A DNA stretch of 64,000 bases from Bacillota bacterium (GTDB taxonomy: Bacteria > Bacillota > Sulfobacillia > JAJZYS01 > JAJYTV01). A program made the position numbers and the translations under genes. The stretch spans positions 36,287 to 100,286 of the forward strand of contig JAJYSJ010000010.1 of NCBI GenBank assembly GCA_021793645.1, written 5' to 3'. Within the stretch, counting starts at the first letter, position 1. The number at the start of each line of letters is the position of its first letter. The notes below the pieces were generated by a model, which was not told the origin of the DNA, did not search any database, and was given only the letters and a program-made list of their open reading frames with translations. Shown one piece after another: positions 61,587 to 64,000 of the stretch.

Positions 61587-63669
61587 ATGCCGACCTATCT
61601 TCGTCGAAAGATGCAGACGGAAACGGTTGCCGTACTTGTGGATATCGAGGTTATTGAAGGATCAACCGTGCACCGGAAGGACGGCTTGTACTCCGCACTC
61701 GTCGAAGTCGAGGGCGAGGTCTTCAACATGCTGTCGCTCTCAGAGCAGGACGCTCGGCTGGAGGCTTACGCCCGAGTCCTGAATGGCCTGCCAGAAAAGT
61801 GAGTTCTTCAGGCGACGCTGTTTGTGGAGCCCATCGACATCTCGGGGTATATCAGGCAGATGAAAGACGCCCGAACCGTCGAGGGTGACACAGCGATCGG
61901 CCGTCTTGCGGAGGCGCAGGCGGCGATGGCTGAGGAGATGGCAAGCCACGTCTTGGCCAAGAGCACCGTCCTGACCCTGACCGGCAACAGCGCGCAGGAG
62001 GCGGAGGCGAACGGGAAGCGGCTCCTGCAGCTTCTCGCCGCCAACGGCTCCAAAGCACATCGCTGCGACCCAGAGCGGATCGGCCACATCCTCCAGGTCT
62101 GCTACGGGCACGCACCGGTGCCTCTCTCCGAGGTCGTGGGCGGCGTGAACGCCCTGCTGCAGCGAGGGAAGGCCGGCAGTGAACGTGCCGCACGCAGCCC
62201 GAAGAGGGGGGAGATACGGCTCGCACCGGAGGAGGGCGATGTACTCTCCAAAGACGCCGTGCGCCTCTCGGATATACTGACGCCTTCCGCCGTGGTGGAG
62301 CGACCAGGTCAGCTTGATCTGGGCGGCAGCTATGCGGCGAGTCTCGTTGTCGTCGCCTACCCGGAGCGGGCGACGAACGCCTGGCTCGAGCGTCTCCTGC
62401 ACTTCACGCACAAGAACGTGTGCCGGCGGGTCAGCATGTTCATCGAGCCGATCTCCTCCGCGAAGGCCGTGCAGGAACTCCAGCGCAAGCTCCTCGATCT
62501 CGACGTGAACTCGCGCTGGTCGATGCGGCGCGGCATGGGGCCGGATATCGCCACGGAGATCGGACTCGAGGATGCAGAGCAGCTTCCGCTACGAGATTGG
62601 CCGCAGCACCCAGCGCATGTTTGACGTCACGATGCTCGTGACGCTCATGGCTGATACGCCAGAGGATCTGCGGGAAGCCGTAGACCTGCTGAAGCAGGAC
62701 GCGGCAGGATACTCTCTCGTCCTGTGCGAGACATGGCTTGAGGAGGCGCCGGCGTTCCGCTTGACGATGCCGGTCGGAAACGCGGTGATCCGGCGGGTGC
62801 GGCCGATTCCGACGCTCCCGGTCGCGACGACCTTCCCCTTCACGTCTTGCGAGATCTTGCACGAGCAGGGCGAGATGTGGGGGCGAAATCTTTCGACGGG
62901 CAACGCAGTGATCGTCGACCCTGCACGCTACAGCCCGGCACATATCCTGATCGTCGCGAAGACACGGTCGGGTAAGTCCTTCGTAATGAAGGTATTGGCG
63001 ACCCAGGCACTCTTCTCACCGGACCAGGACGTGATAGTGCTGGACCCCTCGGCCTCGATCGACTACGAGCGGTGGACAAGGCTGCTCGGCGGCGCCTACT
63101 TCCGCTTCGGCGCGGGCTCCGAGGACCGCCTGAATCCTTGCGAGATTCTATTGCCCTTCCACATGCAGCGGCTCGACGAGGACATGCGGCGACCGGTGAA
63201 GGCCAAGATCGCTTCCCTGCAGAGCCTCTTCGAGCTGATGGCCTACCCACGCGGGCACATGCCCCAGGAGGAGCGGGTGCTGCTCGAGGAGCCGCTCCGG
63301 TCCATGTACGAGGAGTTCGGCATGACCGACGACTGGCAGAGCATTGTGGACCGGACGGCGATCTCTGCGGTGCCGCGCGCGAAGAAGTCTCCGACGCTAA
63401 GAGACGCCATGCGGCACATCGAAGCTGTGGAGGGGCTCCGGCCGCTCGCTCTGAAGCTGAGGCCATTCGTGGACGGGACGCTCGACATGTTCTCCGGGGA
63501 GACGAACCTTGACCTTGGCGGGCGGCTCGTCGTCTTCAACGTCCATGGGCTCGTGCAAGGGCAGCAGGGGCGACATCTCCAGGCGGTCGCCTACGCGATG
63601 ATCGCGGAGTACGTGCGCTGGCGCATGGCGATGGCGAGGCGACGCCTGCTCGTCGTGGTGGACGAGGCG
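61587..63669 (+). pseudogene. VirB4/TraE-like conjugal transfer ATPase (TGA at 61800, frameshift ~62590, truncated)
   Basis: HILIVAKTRSGKSF Walker A, VLDP, LVVFN, LLVVVDEA Walker B. Confidence 0.8.
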
Positions 63670-63691
63670 GTATCACGCGGGACCGTCACGG

Positions 63692-63742
63692 TGTCAATAT
63701 CTTCGGTGAAATGTCAATATCCGCGGCTCCGTGAAATCCGCC
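63692..63742. mobile_element. IS21-family-like terminal inverted repeat
   Basis: TGTCAATATC repeated at 63692 and 63712 with GTGAAAT sub-repeats; 5'-TG end; follows the virB4 truncation. Confidence 0.55.
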
Positions 63743-64000
63743 TTCTGTGGCTTTGTCATAGTGTTTTCCCAGGGCGATGCGAGATCCCCGTCCAACCGCT
63801 TTACTCGTAGCCGCCGAGCGCCCACGTCACACCCTGTCGCGCGCGTTCCCCTGCGAGTCGCTAAGTAGCCGGCGTCATCTTTCTGTTGCTCCTTCACGTC
63901 TTGGCGCACTCGCAGACCGCTCTACTTCCTGATGTCTTACGTGCGGTCGGGCAGAGCCACAGCGAGGTTAGCACGCCTCTGTGCTTGAGCCACGTCGGAT

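Noticed and set aside
23417-61802. In-frame stops in gmtY (TAG), MFS (TAG), HNH (TAG) and virB4 (TGA) suggesting stop-codon recoding
   Set aside because: Each is one transition from TGG or CAG, some of the same genes are also frameshifted, core genes end normally at TAG/TGA, and no pyl/sel machinery is seen

Overview
High-GC, probably spore-forming Bacillota chromosome (inferred from yqfC/yqfD and T-box-regulated glyQS). Bases 1-21.2 kb are a largely intact core cluster (yqfC-yqfD-phoH-pgpH-ybeY-dgkA-recO-[T-box]-glyQS-PPDK regulator-ppdK-DUF885-dGTPase-dnaG-sigA-Mn catalase), with a frameshifted AbrB/Doc toxin-antitoxin (TA) pair inserted after recO. From about 21.3 kb onward the DNA is accessory, arranged around a tRNA-Asn/Ile2/Val cluster. 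(i) Upstream of the tRNAs, a decayed gamma-mobile-trio-like element (RecD-like fragment, gmtY, gmtZ, gmtX plus Mrr-type nuclease cargo) lies between the N- and C-terminal remnants of a tyrosine integrase. (ii) A 4-kb islet is bounded by a 28-bp duplication from the tRNA-Val 3' half. (iii) About 17 kb carries metabolic and TA genes, many deleted, fused or scrambled. (iv) A candidate anti-phage island contains a DGQHR/DndB-like gene, an HNH-HIT fusion, two SRA-like-HNH paralogues, a nucleoside-deoxyribosyltransferase (NDT)-like gene, a TM-Mrr and a J-domain membrane protein. It adjoins a broken prgI-virB4 conjugation operon that ends at an IS21-like terminus. No CRISPR array or rRNA was seen. 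All family calls come from motif recognition by eye, not database searches.
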